63,701 nucleotides of DNA, filler included, from Perkinsus chesapeaki ATCC PRA-425 (GCA_013115145.1; 7 parts of 7 records of this genome joined end to end with filler, not necessarily neighbours in it), one strand, 5' to 3'; positions 1-12,904 are shown, counted from the first letter of the whole stretch. Notes: a model not told the origin generated them from the sequence alone. Program-made: numbers and translations.

Positions 1-653
1 ACTAGATCTTAGTGATCAGATTATTGGGCGAGCGAGATTGGAACCTACGTTGTTCCTTTCCCGTGCTCTCACAGCTCGCTTATCGGTTATCGACCGGATC
101 GGAGCTACGTCGTTCATGCCTGAAAGAAGCGAAGGTGTGTTAAGTACACAAAAGCTAACAGCGTTGGGCAGCCCAATTTGGGTAACCTCGGAGCGTTTGG
201 AATAGTGTAGTTCTTCTGAAGAATAATTTGTCCAGCCATCTCTTTAATGTCTTAGGCAGAAGGGGGCATTGTAGTTTGAGTCCGGTACAATCTATGCCTG
301 GAGAATAACTCGAGTTTCACCGAATCAAAGTACCACCAATAGGTTTCGGATACGCCGTGTTGCTAACTCACCAGTGTCGTTCTTCGCCAATCTAGGGTGA
401 CGGTAGGCCTGCAGAGATGGGCTCTTGAAAGCCTGCTTGTTAATCATATCACATGCCATCAATTACTCGTAGATATTTGCTTCCTCGTATTATTGTTGTG
501 TTCGATAAGATGGAGGTTTAAATGAGTATCTAATAACCAACACCGGAGTAGGAACCTTGGGAGTGAAGCTGTACATGCCCGAGACATCATTCTGCAATTA
601 CTAACGATAATCCTGTAGTTGTCATGGTTCGGCCAGATGATTCGACTTGCGTG

Positions 654-2292
654 ATGGACTGTGGTCCTGTTCGCAATCTCACCGTCCTCTTCGTTAAATA
701 CCGGAATGACCATAAGCATCGGAAAAATCGATTTGCCGGATATTCCTTACTGGGTGACTCTGGTGGCGCTACCACAAGATCAACTACATCAACAGGCAAG
801 CTGGGGATACAGTTCACGCTGCGGAGTCTCTTGAGGAGTGTATCGGTGCGAGCCTGTCTGCCCTGTATTATCTGCCTCGCTTTCAGTTGCAAGTTCGGGG
901 CTCGGGCGGCAAACAGGGAGCAATAATAACCGTTATCTCCTACCTTCGACTGATAGCAATTCATCGGGCCATGAAGTGATGGATGTGGAGATGGCAACCT
1001 TGCCGCCCCAGGTAGCGTGCTCGCTTATGAGTCTTCGGTCGATGAGCCTTGTTATTAGTGGTTTGACATCCAAACTGAAGTTGGTGACTATCTGACGAAG
1101 ATAAAGGAGCGGCTGACACAGTTGCGTAGTGTCCAGCAAAAACGTCTTCTCAAAGTTTTTGACGATCATTCTGGATCGGAGTCTCTACAGGACGCAGAGG
1201 TGCTAGTTCTGGGCGGGTTTAGCGGCAGCCAGGATACTTCATTGGTTCAGTTGGAAGCGATCTCCTCGGCAATTAACCAGCTATTCCGGAAATGCGAGAT
1301 AAGACTGAAGGATCTGGTGCGGAATTCCCCAGGAGAGGATCCGAAAATGGAGGAGTGCCGGTAGTACGGGTGGCCGAAAAACGCTAAAATTATGTTACTG
1401 TAACTGTAACGTTATTATGAGCTGTTCCGGGGGGGGATTGGGAAAACTTTGCTCTATAAAATTACATCGTTCTTGTAGGAAGAATGCTGCGAGAGCACTA
1501 GCAAGTCGGATGCAGGAGCTCTCAGGAGAATTCAAATCCATGCAGGGGAAGTTTTTAAAGGAGGTATCGCCGACGCATAGACGCGTTTCGCCTATGGTGT
1601 GTCTTGGCCTAGGTGCGGCAAAGACAGAATGTGAATCTCTGGGATGGCGAAGGTGATAGCGAGGGCAGAAGCAAAGGGGTGCTGGACGACGCTGGATTCG
1701 ATGACGACCAAGTCCTGGAGTTGGAGGTACTGGGGCACACATGGTGCATGTTTCTGGACACTGTCTGTCATTGTGCACTGCTATGGGCTCTCAGTTGTCA
1801 CTTCCATAGTCTTTTTGTGGAACCCTTAGGGGGATGCTAGCTATGCCAGCGTAAACGCAGGAGCGGCGGACGGCTGGGTGGGACTCTTGGCCACCTCTCT
1901 TCGTCAGGCACTGGAGCTGAACGCAACTCAGCGGTCAAAGGAGATAGGGAAGATTGCCCAGTCCATAATAGAGCTGAATCAGATATTTAAAGAGCTTGCC
2001 GTATTGGTCATCGACCAGGGAACAGTACCACTTCCCGCGCTTAGTGCCCGCCATCACGTTTCTGTAGGTCCTCGACCGCATCGACTACAATATGGAGCAT
2101 GCGGTGGACCAGACAAGAGAGGCCAATGTACAGTTGTCCCAAGCGGAACGTGCGCAACGGTAGGGGTTGGTAGCTGTGGCTCAGTCGATACTTGAGTGTT
2201 AACTCAGGTCCAGCCGTGTCATGAAGTGTATACTTATTCTAGCGATGTTTATATTCCTCAACATTATCATTATCGCCTACAGGAGCATCTGA
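654..2292 (+). CDS. STX16: Syntaxin-16/SYP4/Tlg2-like Qa-SNARE, multi-exon
   Basis: N-peptide MDCGPVRNLTVLFVKYR; LPPQ|WFDIQTEV...QQKRLLKVFDD; SNARE motif QRSKEIGKIAQSIIELNQIFKELAVLVIDQGTV|LDRIDYNME; C-terminal TM ILILAMFIFLNIIIIAY, then TGA at 2290-2292. Confidence 0.88.
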
Positions 2293-2425
2293 ACTGCTGC
2301 CACCTTCAGCTGCTGCCTGGCTAAGGTTGTAAGGCAGATATTATGGCAACATTTTAAGAGACATTTCGAAGAGAGAAAGGTGTTGTGTTGGTAGTCTACA
2401 GAAGTCTTGGTAGTCAGCATTTCTA

Positions 2426-3069
2426 ATGCCATCTGATACATCATCAGCAATAGGCGAGTACCTTCTAAAGGGTTGGGCAATGATGGGAGACTCCTGCCCG
2501 GACTGCTGTGTCCCGCTTCTTCGAAGTCCCGACAGAGTGAAGATGATCTGCGTAGGCTGTCACACTGAGTGGCCGAGTGACCAGGTGAGCTACAGAGCAC
2601 TAAGAGATCAGTGGCGGTGCAACAGTTAATCTGGGAGAATCATTTCGGGTTTCAGACACCAAATCTCAGTAATGGTGTTACTCGGCAATCACAGAAGCCT
2701 GTTGACCAAAGGTCATATGAGGAGCCACCACAGAAATCACGGCAGTTGCCACCAGCGAAGGGGGAAGCTAGCAGCAGGACTAGTCCTACAGTAGAGGAAG
2801 AGGAGGAGGAAGGAGGAGAAGAGCGGCAACAGTGGAGGCAGACAGCGATATGTAAGCTTCCGAACTTGGAATTAAATCACGATTGCAACTGGGCTGTAAA
2901 AGCCGATCATAAGTCTGTTTCACATAGGACATTTTCAGGGTCGTTGGAGAGGAAAATGGAATACCTTGCTAAACGGCTAGAGGATGCTGTCGACATGGAC
3001 AGTATTGATCGCATCATCGAAACTATGGACAAGTGTTCGCAGTTGATTGAACGTTACTCAAAACACTAA
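2426..3069 (+). CDS. SSSCA1/ZNRD2-like (autoantigen p27) zinc-ribbon protein, spliced
   Basis: SAIGEYLLKGWAMMGDSCPDCCVPLLRSPDRVKMICVGC matches the p27 N-terminal CxxC...CxxC pattern; helical C-terminus LERKMEYLAKRLEDA; GTGAG donor after SDQ. Confidence 0.75.
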
Positions 3070-3168
3070 GAATGACCCCTCGTTTCACACCTACTTCGAT
3101 TTGGACGTCTACGTTGTTAATTCATGTCATGGTTCTCCTCGGTGGGCTTGCCTTTTGCGTAATCGTTC

Positions 3169-4086
3169 ATGGCCGGGAGCCCATCGAGCCTTGGAGACGA
3201 GGTTAATGCAATTCTTCGAGAGCTTATTTTAAGAGGGGCTGGTGGGACAGTTTTTGTGCAGTCTTTGAGTCCCTTCATTTAGCAGGAGAAGCATCTGGTG
3301 AGTATCGGCGCGCAAAGGAGCTGTTCGAAGAGAGCTGGCTAGAGCTGCAACTACTTGAAGACAGGAGACAGGCGATTGAGAGAGATCTGGCCAAGACNNN
3401 NNNNNNNNNNNNNNNNNNNNNNNNNNNNNNNNNNNNNNNNNNNNNNNNNNNNNNNNNNNNNNNNNNNNNNNNNNNNNNNNNNNNNNNNNNNNNNNGTTCG
3501 AAGAGAGCTGGCTAGAGCTGCAACTACTTGAAGACAGGAGACAGGCGATTGAGAGAGATCTGGCCAAGACTGCTAGCTCGGCTAATCACAACGAACTGCG
3601 GTACTTTCTACTGAAAACCAGTTCGCACTGCGGATCGCAGGAGTGTCGAAGCGGAAACTGTCTGCGTGGAGAGAAAAATAATGAAGATTATGTCCGACAT
3701 TAAAGATGAAGGTCAGAGGGAAGCTCAGCTTCGGTCAAACCTCGTGCAGACGCGTGAAGCGTGCGCTCAGACAAGAGCCGAGTTGGCAGCTCAGGAGCAG
3801 GCAGTGGGTTTGAAGGAAACTGCTTAATACCCGTCGACATACCAGTCAGGTGAAGCATGACGGTGAGCATCAAAGAGACCAGCTCCGGATTGTGAGTCGA
3901 GAGTATGGTGAGCAAGCAGCTAGGCTAGAGGCATTGAAGGAGAAGTTGACTGAGAGAAAGAAGCAAAGAGAAGCACTTCAGCGGCAAAGCCAGTAAGTAA
4001 AGCGCAGATAGCGCCTGCGAATACCTGTGCCTTTTAGGAGGCTTGAAGATGACATGCGAAGGCTCATCTATCAACATGAGACTTGA
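3169..4086 (+). CDS. Hypothetical coiled-coil protein, multi-exon, spans a probably spurious gap
   Basis: Frame-consistent GT-AG exons give MAGSPSSLGDEVNAILREL...ELFEESWLELQLLEDRRQAIERDL...ELRSVEAETVCVERKIMKIMSDIKDEGQREAQLRSNL...EDDMRRLIYQHET*. Confidence 0.55.
3323..3570. other. Assembly artefact: 75-bp exact duplicate on both sides of an N-run
   Basis: 3323-3397 equals 3496-3570; merging them restores one reading frame. Confidence 0.85.
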
Positions 4087-4170
4087 CAACATGTTTCTTT
4101 ATCTCTGACGTTTATACTTCGTATCTTTGGTGATGCGCGGTTATCTTAGTGTAGTTTCGCACTCTAAAGA

Positions 4171-4734
4171 ATGCCCGCAACATGCCGGAATAAGCCAACG
4201 ATTCCGTCTCGTGGAGCAGCATCTTCCTCCAGCCCAGCTCCCAAGGGGGACGAGGGCTCCTGGGGTGATACTACCTTCGATGGTCGATACCCTCCTCTCA
4301 TCAGTAACCTCTACGTGGAGAAGTTCAGCGACGCTCATGCCAAGCTTCTGCACGAGTAGGTGTCAAACTGTTCTATCTTTATGAATGCGTTTTTGCTCAG
4401 TTGTCTTGTACGAGGGGAAACCCCTCCTCTGATCGTCAGTCATTTGCAGTACGAGACCATTTTGTCGAGGAGGTTGTGCCGGGTGAAGCTCGAGCAGCGG
4501 TAGAGTGTTTCGTTGGAAGATTTTGTGGTACTGTGCAGCAATTTCAGCCGAGTCCTGCTTGGACTCAATCCCGACGGAAGAAGAATTGGTCGATACAAGT
4601 GGAAGACTCGCAGCGACTATGCCAATTCGAGGTCGAAGTGCCGAGGGAAGTTCATAAAAGAGAAGGACCAGCAGCTGGCAATAGAAGACAGTCAAGAGGC
4701 TGAGGGCCAATTACAACTTGAAGATGCCATGTGA
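4171..4734 (+). CDS. Small CCT-motif-containing protein, 3 exons
   Basis: Phase-consistent introns 4356-4439 and 4500-4538 join RRLCRVKLEQRNFSR-VLLGLNPDG-RRIGRYKWKTRSDYANSRSKCRGKFIK, resembling the CCT consensus RY..KR..RNF.KKIRY..RK..A..RPR..GRF.K. Confidence 0.65.
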
Positions 4735-4856
4735 ACCATTTCCATCACCACAAATTCTTGTGTTCACCCTCCTTAGAGCCTTTCACGGATGCTCACCCGA
4801 CGGCCTCGTAGTTTTTCTGATTCTCCTCCTATACTTGGAGGGACGCTAAAGTTTCT

Positions 4857-7800
4857 ATGATAGGCTGGGTCACAGATCTCTGGAGTATTCTATCATTCTC
4901 GTGGATATCGATCAACACTTGTTGGGTTGGAGAGCCCAATGCTGACCCCGATATGGCACCACAAGTGAGACTTGGACACTGTGACCTTGGCGACATTCCT
5001 TTATTCCCTTTGCCTGTTAGCTATCTTCCATGTCGGTTTATTTCATTCCCTTACTGTCATACACCATTCATATTTTTCTCAGATTCTCGCTCGCTATTCT
5101 CCTTGTAACCTCTCCTTCACCCTACCTCGCTTGGCTTGGGAGTTCCGCATAGTGCTGCTGCAAATCCTGGCCATTGAGCTCGCTCTTCACTTCGTCAATC
5201 TGCAGTCGATTGTGGCCCTACAGGACCTGCTCTCCATCGGTGGCGACGCTTCCACTTCAAGTTATATATATCTCTTGGTCAACATGGCACTATGGATTTT
5301 GAGAGCTCATGCAGCCTACTGGATTAGTTCAGGAAAGACCTACATACAGACGACTCTAAGCTACCTCGTTCACGTCCGCAGTATTCGCCTGCCACCCGAT
5401 GAGACTCGGGACGTCTCATTGACGAACCTCCTGGTCAGCGACACTTCGGTTGTGGCGGAGGGCCTCAATGCTGTCGTAGCCGCCTGGCGTTTGCCCGTGG
5501 AGTTCTTGAGCGCTCTCTACCTCCTTTGGATGAATCTCTCGTGTGGTGTGTTACCGTGCCTCGCCACCGCTCTCCTTTTTCGGAGTGCCTCCCTTTACCT
5601 TTCATTTAAGGACGGGAATCTGCGCACCAAGTGGCAAGAATCTCGTGACGATCGCATCAATCTTTGCCAAGAAGCATTCAGCCCTCCGGGCTGCGGAACC
5701 TTGGCACGTCTTGGTTGGACGAATGTTTGGGTCGAATATATTTTGCGGAGTAGAGGAAAGGAGCTCACCCTCCTCGGCAATCGTGAATGGATGCGCAAGA
5801 TCCACGAAGGCATCGACTACGCCCAGCCAGTGATAGTCCAGTTCGTTGCATTGGTTACGATGCTGTACACCAACGCCGTCGACGCTGCTTCCGTTGTGCC
5901 AATATCGTTGATGCTGGGCAATGTCATGGCTCCAGTGAATCAGGTCACAGGTGTCGTGCTCAGCTTGTTGGAGAGCCAGAGCGCTCTTCAACGTCTCCGC
6001 GAATTTTTCGCTGCCTCCCCGAGCGACCGGCCGAGTGCAGAATCTGATTATAAATTAGACCCGAGCTTTTCCGGTCTTATTGTTGGTGTTACTGGGCAGA
6101 AGGGGAGACTGCTGAAGTCCCAGCTAATCTATGGGAAGTATCCTTGCACGGTTTACGTGCCTCAATCACCGAAGTTGTTGGTTGGTTGTGGTGACACTGT
6201 TGAGGACAACGTTCTTTTTGGCCGTCCTAGAGATGGTGCCCGCTTGCTGGAGGCAATGCGCTTAGCATGCCTGTCACAAGTGCCTCTGTCACAGAAGGTT
6301 GATACTCTATCAATGGGGCAAGGGGCAAGGGTATGTCTCGCCAGAGCCTACTACTGTATCCTCGCAGATGAGTCCTCGGGAGGTGTGCTACTGCTTGAGG
6401 AGCCCTGGCTATCACTTGACGCGACTACCGCCAAGGATGTCACAACCAATCTACTGAGTGTTCTACAACGTAGCTTGTCGATAATAGTGATTACCGACCA
6501 CATCGACATGCTTAGATCTGTCTTGCCGGCTGATAGCTTGTTGATAGTGGGTGGCAGTAACCATAGCCCAGTGCATGATGGACGTGTGAGAAACAAGGCT
6601 TTGTCCGTTGGAGAATCTGTCTCCCAGCTGGAGAACCATGAGAAACACTCGAGTGAGGCCGAGACTGGTCATGATGTCGCCGCCTCTGTCCCATTGCAGG
6701 CGTATAGCATATTCCTCACCTATGTTGGCCGTGGGTACACATTTTTGATCATGTTGTTGATAGGAGGTATCATGGCCTCTCAGCAGACTCTCGACGCCCT
6801 TCTGCCAGCCGTTGCTGATGCTCGAGACTGGCGCCTCTTGAGAGGCTACGAAACTCTCCTACTGGTTTTCGTTGTCTGTAATTTTGGTGCTTTCCACTTC
6901 GAAGTTGTCGGGGGGCTTCGTGGCTCCAAAAGGCTATTCAGTGGCTTTGTGAGACGGGCTTCTTCGTTGGCTCTGTCGATCGGTGTAGAAGGGGGTTCGG
7001 ACATCTTAGGTCGCCTCGTCTCCGACGTAGACGTATCGGATCATACATTGACTCGCACCCTAGGCATTCTGTGGGGTGCTATTCTTTATCTATGCTGCAA
7101 GTTTGGTTTCATGCTCTGGTCCTCGCACTACCGTATTTCGCTCCTGCTGTTACTACTGCTTGTGGTAGCGGCATTCGAGCTCATTGCGGCTCGCCCCTTT
7201 CGTCCAGCTAATCGCGGAGCTCGGCGAAGAGCTGCAGCGGCGTTGCCACCAGTGATTGCAGCAGCCCAAGGAAGCTTCGACATCAGAGGCACCCTCCTCG
7301 ACTACGGCGCGGATTCATGGGTTGCTACCAAGTTTCTAGCCATACTGTGCCAAAGGGCGCGATGGCAGATAGTTGAGGAGGCGTGCCGATCTTGGCTTTC
7401 GCTTCGGCTGGAAGTTCTTGGATTCATCCTCACCGCGCAAACCACCTTCTTGAGACCTGTCGGTGATCCTATCCTCGCTGGTATGCTCATAACGGCAGCG
7501 CGCGCTGTCTCAGGAGTAGTTCAGCAACTCATCCACAACTGTGCAGACATCGAGCGCGACTTTGTTTCTGTACAACGGCTCACAGACCCGATACCCTTGA
7601 CACTCAACGCGGTCAGCGTATCTGCACCACAAAGGGTTGATGACACTGCGATCATCATTCGAGGAGTCAGTGCAGGATACGGAGAGTCTATTGTTCTCCG
7701 GAGCGTCAATTTACTTGTTCTCGTGAACGAAAAAGTGGCACTGATAGGACCCTCTGGTGTGGGGAAGACGACACTGCTAAACTCTATATTAGGGGCAGCT

Positions 7801-8262
7801 GACATTACTGAAGGCGGTATCTCTGTGTTCGGTCTTTGCCCTCGTGAAGCGAGCAGTCGACAGCTGATTCAATGCATTCCTCACACCCCCGTTTTATTCC
7901 GAGGTTCAGTACGGCATAATCTAGATCCCCAAAAAGTGATATCCGATAGACTAATTTATGAGGCGCTAGACTGTGTTGGCCTCTCTAAAAAGGTCAGAGA
8001 ATATCTCGATACCGATGCATCGACCGTGTTGACCACGGCTGCTGACCGTCTGCGCATTTGCCTGTGTAGAGTCGTCTTGGCCCGGGAAACTTGCGAGCTG
8101 AAAATAGTGTTGCTTGATGAGTGTGCCGGGGTGTTTACAGATCCCATAGCCAAGGCCTTCGTGGAGAATTGTTTGACACTGTTTCGGTCGCAAACAGTGA
8201 TAATGACAACGCATCGTCCTTTCCTCACTGGCCTGTTCGATAGGACTGTTACGCTCGGATGA
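4857..8262 (+). CDS. ABCC (MRP)-like ABC transporter, TMD-NBD-TMD-NBD, divergent
   Basis: Exon 4857-4964 (WSILSFSW lasso-like motif), intron 4965-5082 (GTGAGA...TTTCTCAG), exon 5083-8262. NBD1 has LSMGQGARVCLARA and LLLEEP; GRLVSDVDVSD; NBD2 has GPSGVGKTT, VLFRGSVRHNLDP, IVLLDE and TTHR. Confidence 0.85.
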
Positions 8263-10483
8263 TATTTGTTTCCGACACTTCTGCTTCGAGTTTGACAACC
8301 GTATACTGTTAATAAATAGTAACCGTCTTCCCCTGGTTGCCTCGACCAGCTTGAGCCGGAAAACTGGCGTGCGAAAGCCTTAACCGTGTAGCCCTCCATA
8401 GAGCTCGGGTCGATCTAAAGCAGTGATAGTCCATGCCAACAACGTAGTTTCAGAGTACAAGGCTTGACCTTCTTGTTCGCCATTCTTGACCAAAATTCCC
8501 ACTGTTGTGTTGGTTCACGGAAGTAGGGACGGGCTTGATGTCGGCTTTCCTGATATGTCAGCGATGCCAAAAGCAGAGCTATGTAAGAGGCGAGTAGAGG
8601 GTAGGCATGGCTCGTGATGTTTCTCGAATAAGGCATTTCTGTTTTCCCTGTTGCGTTGAAGTTCTTATGAGCGGAAGTTCCAGTGTAACCGAGACTTCCG
8701 AGACACAACCTACTGTGCCTGATCCAGGGGCTCAGCCAGTAGTACAAATCAGCACCCTCAAAGCTGTGTCAAATATGAATGATGGCACTTCGAGGCATAA
8801 CCGGGGAACATGATCAAGCGCACTGCACGCATAAATGGTTAGAATGACGCCTATGTTCACTCTGGCATATCCTGGCCTCAGCCAATTCATTCCAACAACT
8901 GTTTAGTATCACATCGAAGGAAGATTAGCTGTCGCTCCCGCGATGTCAGCTTCGTATCTCCGCAGCGGATGATGGCGTCATCGGAACTGATGTCTCGAGC
9001 CGCGGTAGTGATATTGTTCGAGCAGCAACAAATCGTTCAGGCACACCAAGACCAACCAGGAGGCCACCGCTGCTTCCCTATCCCTCTTGGGCACTATGCG
9101 TTATCGTGTCGAGAAAGTGGTTTGCGATCATACTTCCCTGACATTCTCTCCCATTTTAGGCCCTACAACTTAAGCCAGCCAACCTCCATGATTCACGCAC
9201 CGACTCAAGAGCTACTTATTGTCTCAGTAAAACCGTTTCTTTTCTGAGCGAGGAGTGCGGTAGAAGATGAGACAAGCGGTGTAAGTCTGACTTACTAAGT
9301 CACCGGGTGACGCACCGCTTGCTCATCGTGTGACAGTGTGCTGCCACTTTACATCACAGTACTACATATGTGTGAACTTAGAAAGGCAGGCGACGCTGAG
9401 ACCTCCCCGAAACCGAAGCAAAAGAATCAAGCGGATGACGCCTAATGATGGTTTACCATCACAATATCCTGTGCAACACATAAAACCAGTGCCTTTCGGG
9501 CACTTTGGGCGGAGTCGTTATCGATGCGTCAATCGATATTATCGGTAGACGATGAGCGACTCCCGAAGGCCTTGAACAGCTTGAGATCTTAGAGGCAACC
9601 GTAGATTGGACCACGCATCAACAGTAATGTCACAAAGTTCCGGGGCCTCTATAGCACCTTGTGACTGATGTCCCGATATCAGTTGATGAACTCTAAAGAA
9701 AAACAGAACGAAGTAGCTTCAGCCAGAACAACCAATACTACATACCCATACTAGAACCAATATAACCCTGGCACTGTACCTATAAGCGCACTATCTGCAG
9801 TGCAGATCCTGCACTTAACTTCTACACGCATGCACTATCTCTCTGCGCAACTCATCTTTATCGGGCTCCATAGCTATAAAGGGAATAACGAAGGTTTAAT
9901 CGAACAGACAGCCCTTCAAGGTATAACAAACTGGGAAAATGATTTTCCGAGCATCAATAGTATAGCAAGACAGTAATCAATCGGGAACCACAACATTAAC
10001 TCACCGTACGCGTGTGTACAAGAAGCGCCACGGTCGTTACCGAGTCGCTAATATCGACTACAGCAGCGGAAGAATTCAATAGCTCGCAGCTACAGGGGCC
10101 GGACAAGATACACTGGCATGCAGTATCGCAGGCACCTAGCTACCGATAGCATAAACAGAAGGTTATAGAATCCTCCCAAGAGGATTCTACGACAGCGCAC
10201 CTACACGTCACGGTCACAGGGACACATCTGGCATCAGGATCCCAAGTGACTGCGCTAACGATTGTGACAATCGGATTGTCCCTAGGTTGAATGTAGCCAT
10301 TAGTTTCTTGGCTCGAATTATCGTCGGCTATCTCGAGACGTAGCAGATAACTAAGGTCACCTTAGCTATGTCACAAAGCTAAGGGTTTGTGACACACACA
10401 TACACACATAGCCTATGTGTGTATCACAAACCTGGATGCTGGGACCCAGAAGTGCTGACCCACAGTGTTCCTTTTCCATCGTA

Positions 10484-12904
10484 ATGGTCACGCCACTAAG
10501 GCTTACACTTCTCCTTGTATACCATTTGATCACAGTTGACAGTCTATGTGATGACACTGTAACGCAGGAGTTCGGGTATCTGCAAGGAGCATCTGACGCT
10601 CAGTAGAACTACGCTCAGAAACTCCATGCCACCGGTACTTGTTTCGTCAGACTATTCTACTGGTTCTTCGAGTCTCGCAAGTCACCTGCCACAACCCCCA
10701 CGCTAATCTACTTCCAGGGAGGTCCTGGATCCAGTAGCATGATTCCCGTAACTTCTGGTAACGGCGGCCCATGTCTACTGAATATGAAGGGTGATAAGAC
10801 ATTTCCGATTGAGTAGGTTGTTACGAGTGAATCCTCTCATTCGTTCCGAGAATTTGGTACGGCAACTATCATCAGGTACTCCTTCAACACATTCGCCAAT
10901 GTAATGTACATTGACCAACCTGCATCGGTGGGCTTCAGTAAAGGGACCACGCCAACGAACTCCGTGGATGCGGCAAAGTCTACGTAACTGAATATCGCTT
11001 TTTTTGTGAAGAGGAGTTCCGGGAGTTCCCTTGTGCCTTCAGTCGCAAGGCGCTGGAGTCTTTTTTCAATAAATACCAAACTTATAACTCAAAAGTCTTC
11101 CTCGTTGGCCAGTCTTATGCAGGTAAGTGAAGCTCATGGATCTGTTTGAGACAGCTGTCTCATGGACAGGTCATTATATACCAGCACTGGCTGAGCAAAT
11201 GTTGCAAGATAAGTCCCCGATAAGGCTTCGGGGCGTCATTCTCGGTAACAGTCTCGTCAGCTCTCAGATTCAGTAAGTTAAGTGAAACTTACTGGCAGTA
11301 ACTTACTGGTGGTACCAAAAAAGTCATAGCGAATGCTAATTTAGGTTCTCTTCGATGCCTACAATGGCTCTGAAAAGTGGAACTGTTAGGAGCGTAATCT
11401 CAAAGGCAGAGTAAGCAGCACCTTCACGCTAAGTGTGAGAATATTCCTTTAGATATGATGCTATGGTCAAAGACCTTCCGCTTGTTATTGATAGCATGCA
11501 GCAATGCCTAGCCCACAGAGATGACGTGACATTGTGCAAGAGGTCATTCGATACATATTATGGAACCCTTGTGGATCCCGTTAGAAGGCAAAATATTGAT
11601 ACGTGAGTCAGCGAGTACAACTGAATGAAATCGGCACTTTCGAAAGTCTGTTGTCGCTGTGGTCTTAAAGAGGAGCGCGTCCGGCTAATTCTTCGACTAT
11701 AACGGAGAAATCTGCCACAGGTACGACCTGAGATTGAAGTGCGTTAAGCCGTTCCCAGAATGTCGAAACACCGAAAAGGTGAGCTGGGGTCTATGTAAAT
11801 GCTGCTTGACAGAAGACTATTTATACCACAGTCTTCGTACTTTTTGTTGGCAGTTCACGACCTTCTTCAACAACCCGAGAGTTCAGGAATATCTCGGGGT
11901 GAGCAAAGTGTGGATGAAGAGTTCTAAGTCCGTGAGTAACCGTCCGAACTCGCATGGACATTTCACTATAACATTGACTCATTAAACTTCCGCTGAAAAT
12001 AATGGGCCTTCCACTTCATATGCATTTAGCCTTCAGACTTGGTACAGGTAGTCCTAGTCCATGTGAGCTCCTCACAAGAACCGTTGCTCAAGCGTTGAAT
12101 ACATCATAATTCATGATTCATGAATTCCTCAAGCTTACGCCTGTTTTTCTCAAGGTAGGCGAAGCCTTCCTTGGTGATATGCCGGTTGACTACAGCAGTA
12201 GTTTGGCCAAGATTTTGGACCGGGGACTAAAGGTATGCTGCGACTTTTGATGCGCAGACTGCTCGTAAAGTGCGTGTTATGATTGTATTGACGTGAAAGT
12301 TGCGCTTGTCGAGAAATCCTCAGTGATGACGCAGGAGACATAACATTATATACCTATAACTATCTTGCATCGTCATAATGCCGAATTCGGACGGTTGTCT
12401 GCCAGGTTTTAATATACGCTGGTGATCAGGATTATATTTGCAACTGGATAGGCAGTCGCCAGATGGCCATGGCAATCCAGTGGGCCGGCAAAGAGGGCTT
12501 CTCTAAGGCTCCGGATTCTCGATTTTTTGTAAGCCATGCTTGAACATCAAAGTTTCAAGCCTTCGCTCAACACATCGCGCACTCACTAGCGGCGCTCGCT
12601 GACATTCTTGATGCGTTTTTGAACTCATCGCAAGGAAGATGTTCTCTTGCGGTGGAACAGAGCAAATCTGATTCATTAGGTCGCCGGTTCATTTCAGACA
12701 CGAGGAGGGAATCCGATTGGAAAACTCAAAACTTTCACTTTCAAAAATACAGGAGGGCAGCTCAACTTTGCTCAAGTAGGCTATGCTCCAGTTCATAACT
12801 GCATCGCGTATCAGGTCTTCCAAGCCGGCCACAGTGCTGCTGAGGATTCCCCGGCCGGTGTGCTTCAACTTGTAGATAACTTTGTATTCGGTAGATATCG
12901 TTAA
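10484..12904 (+). CDS. Serine carboxypeptidase (peptidase S10), secreted, multi-exon
   Basis: Signal-like [20 protein letters not shown] then [12 protein letters not shown]; [29 protein letters not shown]; [13 protein letters not shown]; catalytic GQSYAG (Ser 11113); [11 protein letters not shown]; FQAGH (His 12830); stop 12902-12904. Confidence 0.9.

Noticed and set aside
25-40. 16-bp match TGGGCGAGCGAGATTG to the reverse complement of ~53887-53902
   Set aside because: About one match of this length is expected by chance in a window this size, and it does not extend
3323-3570. 75-bp direct repeat as a TE target duplication
   Set aside because: Exact copies flank an N-run within one exon; unmerged contig overlap
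4972-5082. ORF-track start of the ABC transporter as an intronless 1096-aa gene
   Set aside because: The start is a TTG inside a phase-consistent GT-AG intron; an upstream exon at 4857 with an ABCC-like motif is the better model
8270-10330. Additional intron-rich gene(s) between the ABC transporter and the carboxypeptidase
   Set aside because: Short protein-like frames exist, but I could not build a consistent exon chain or recognise a family
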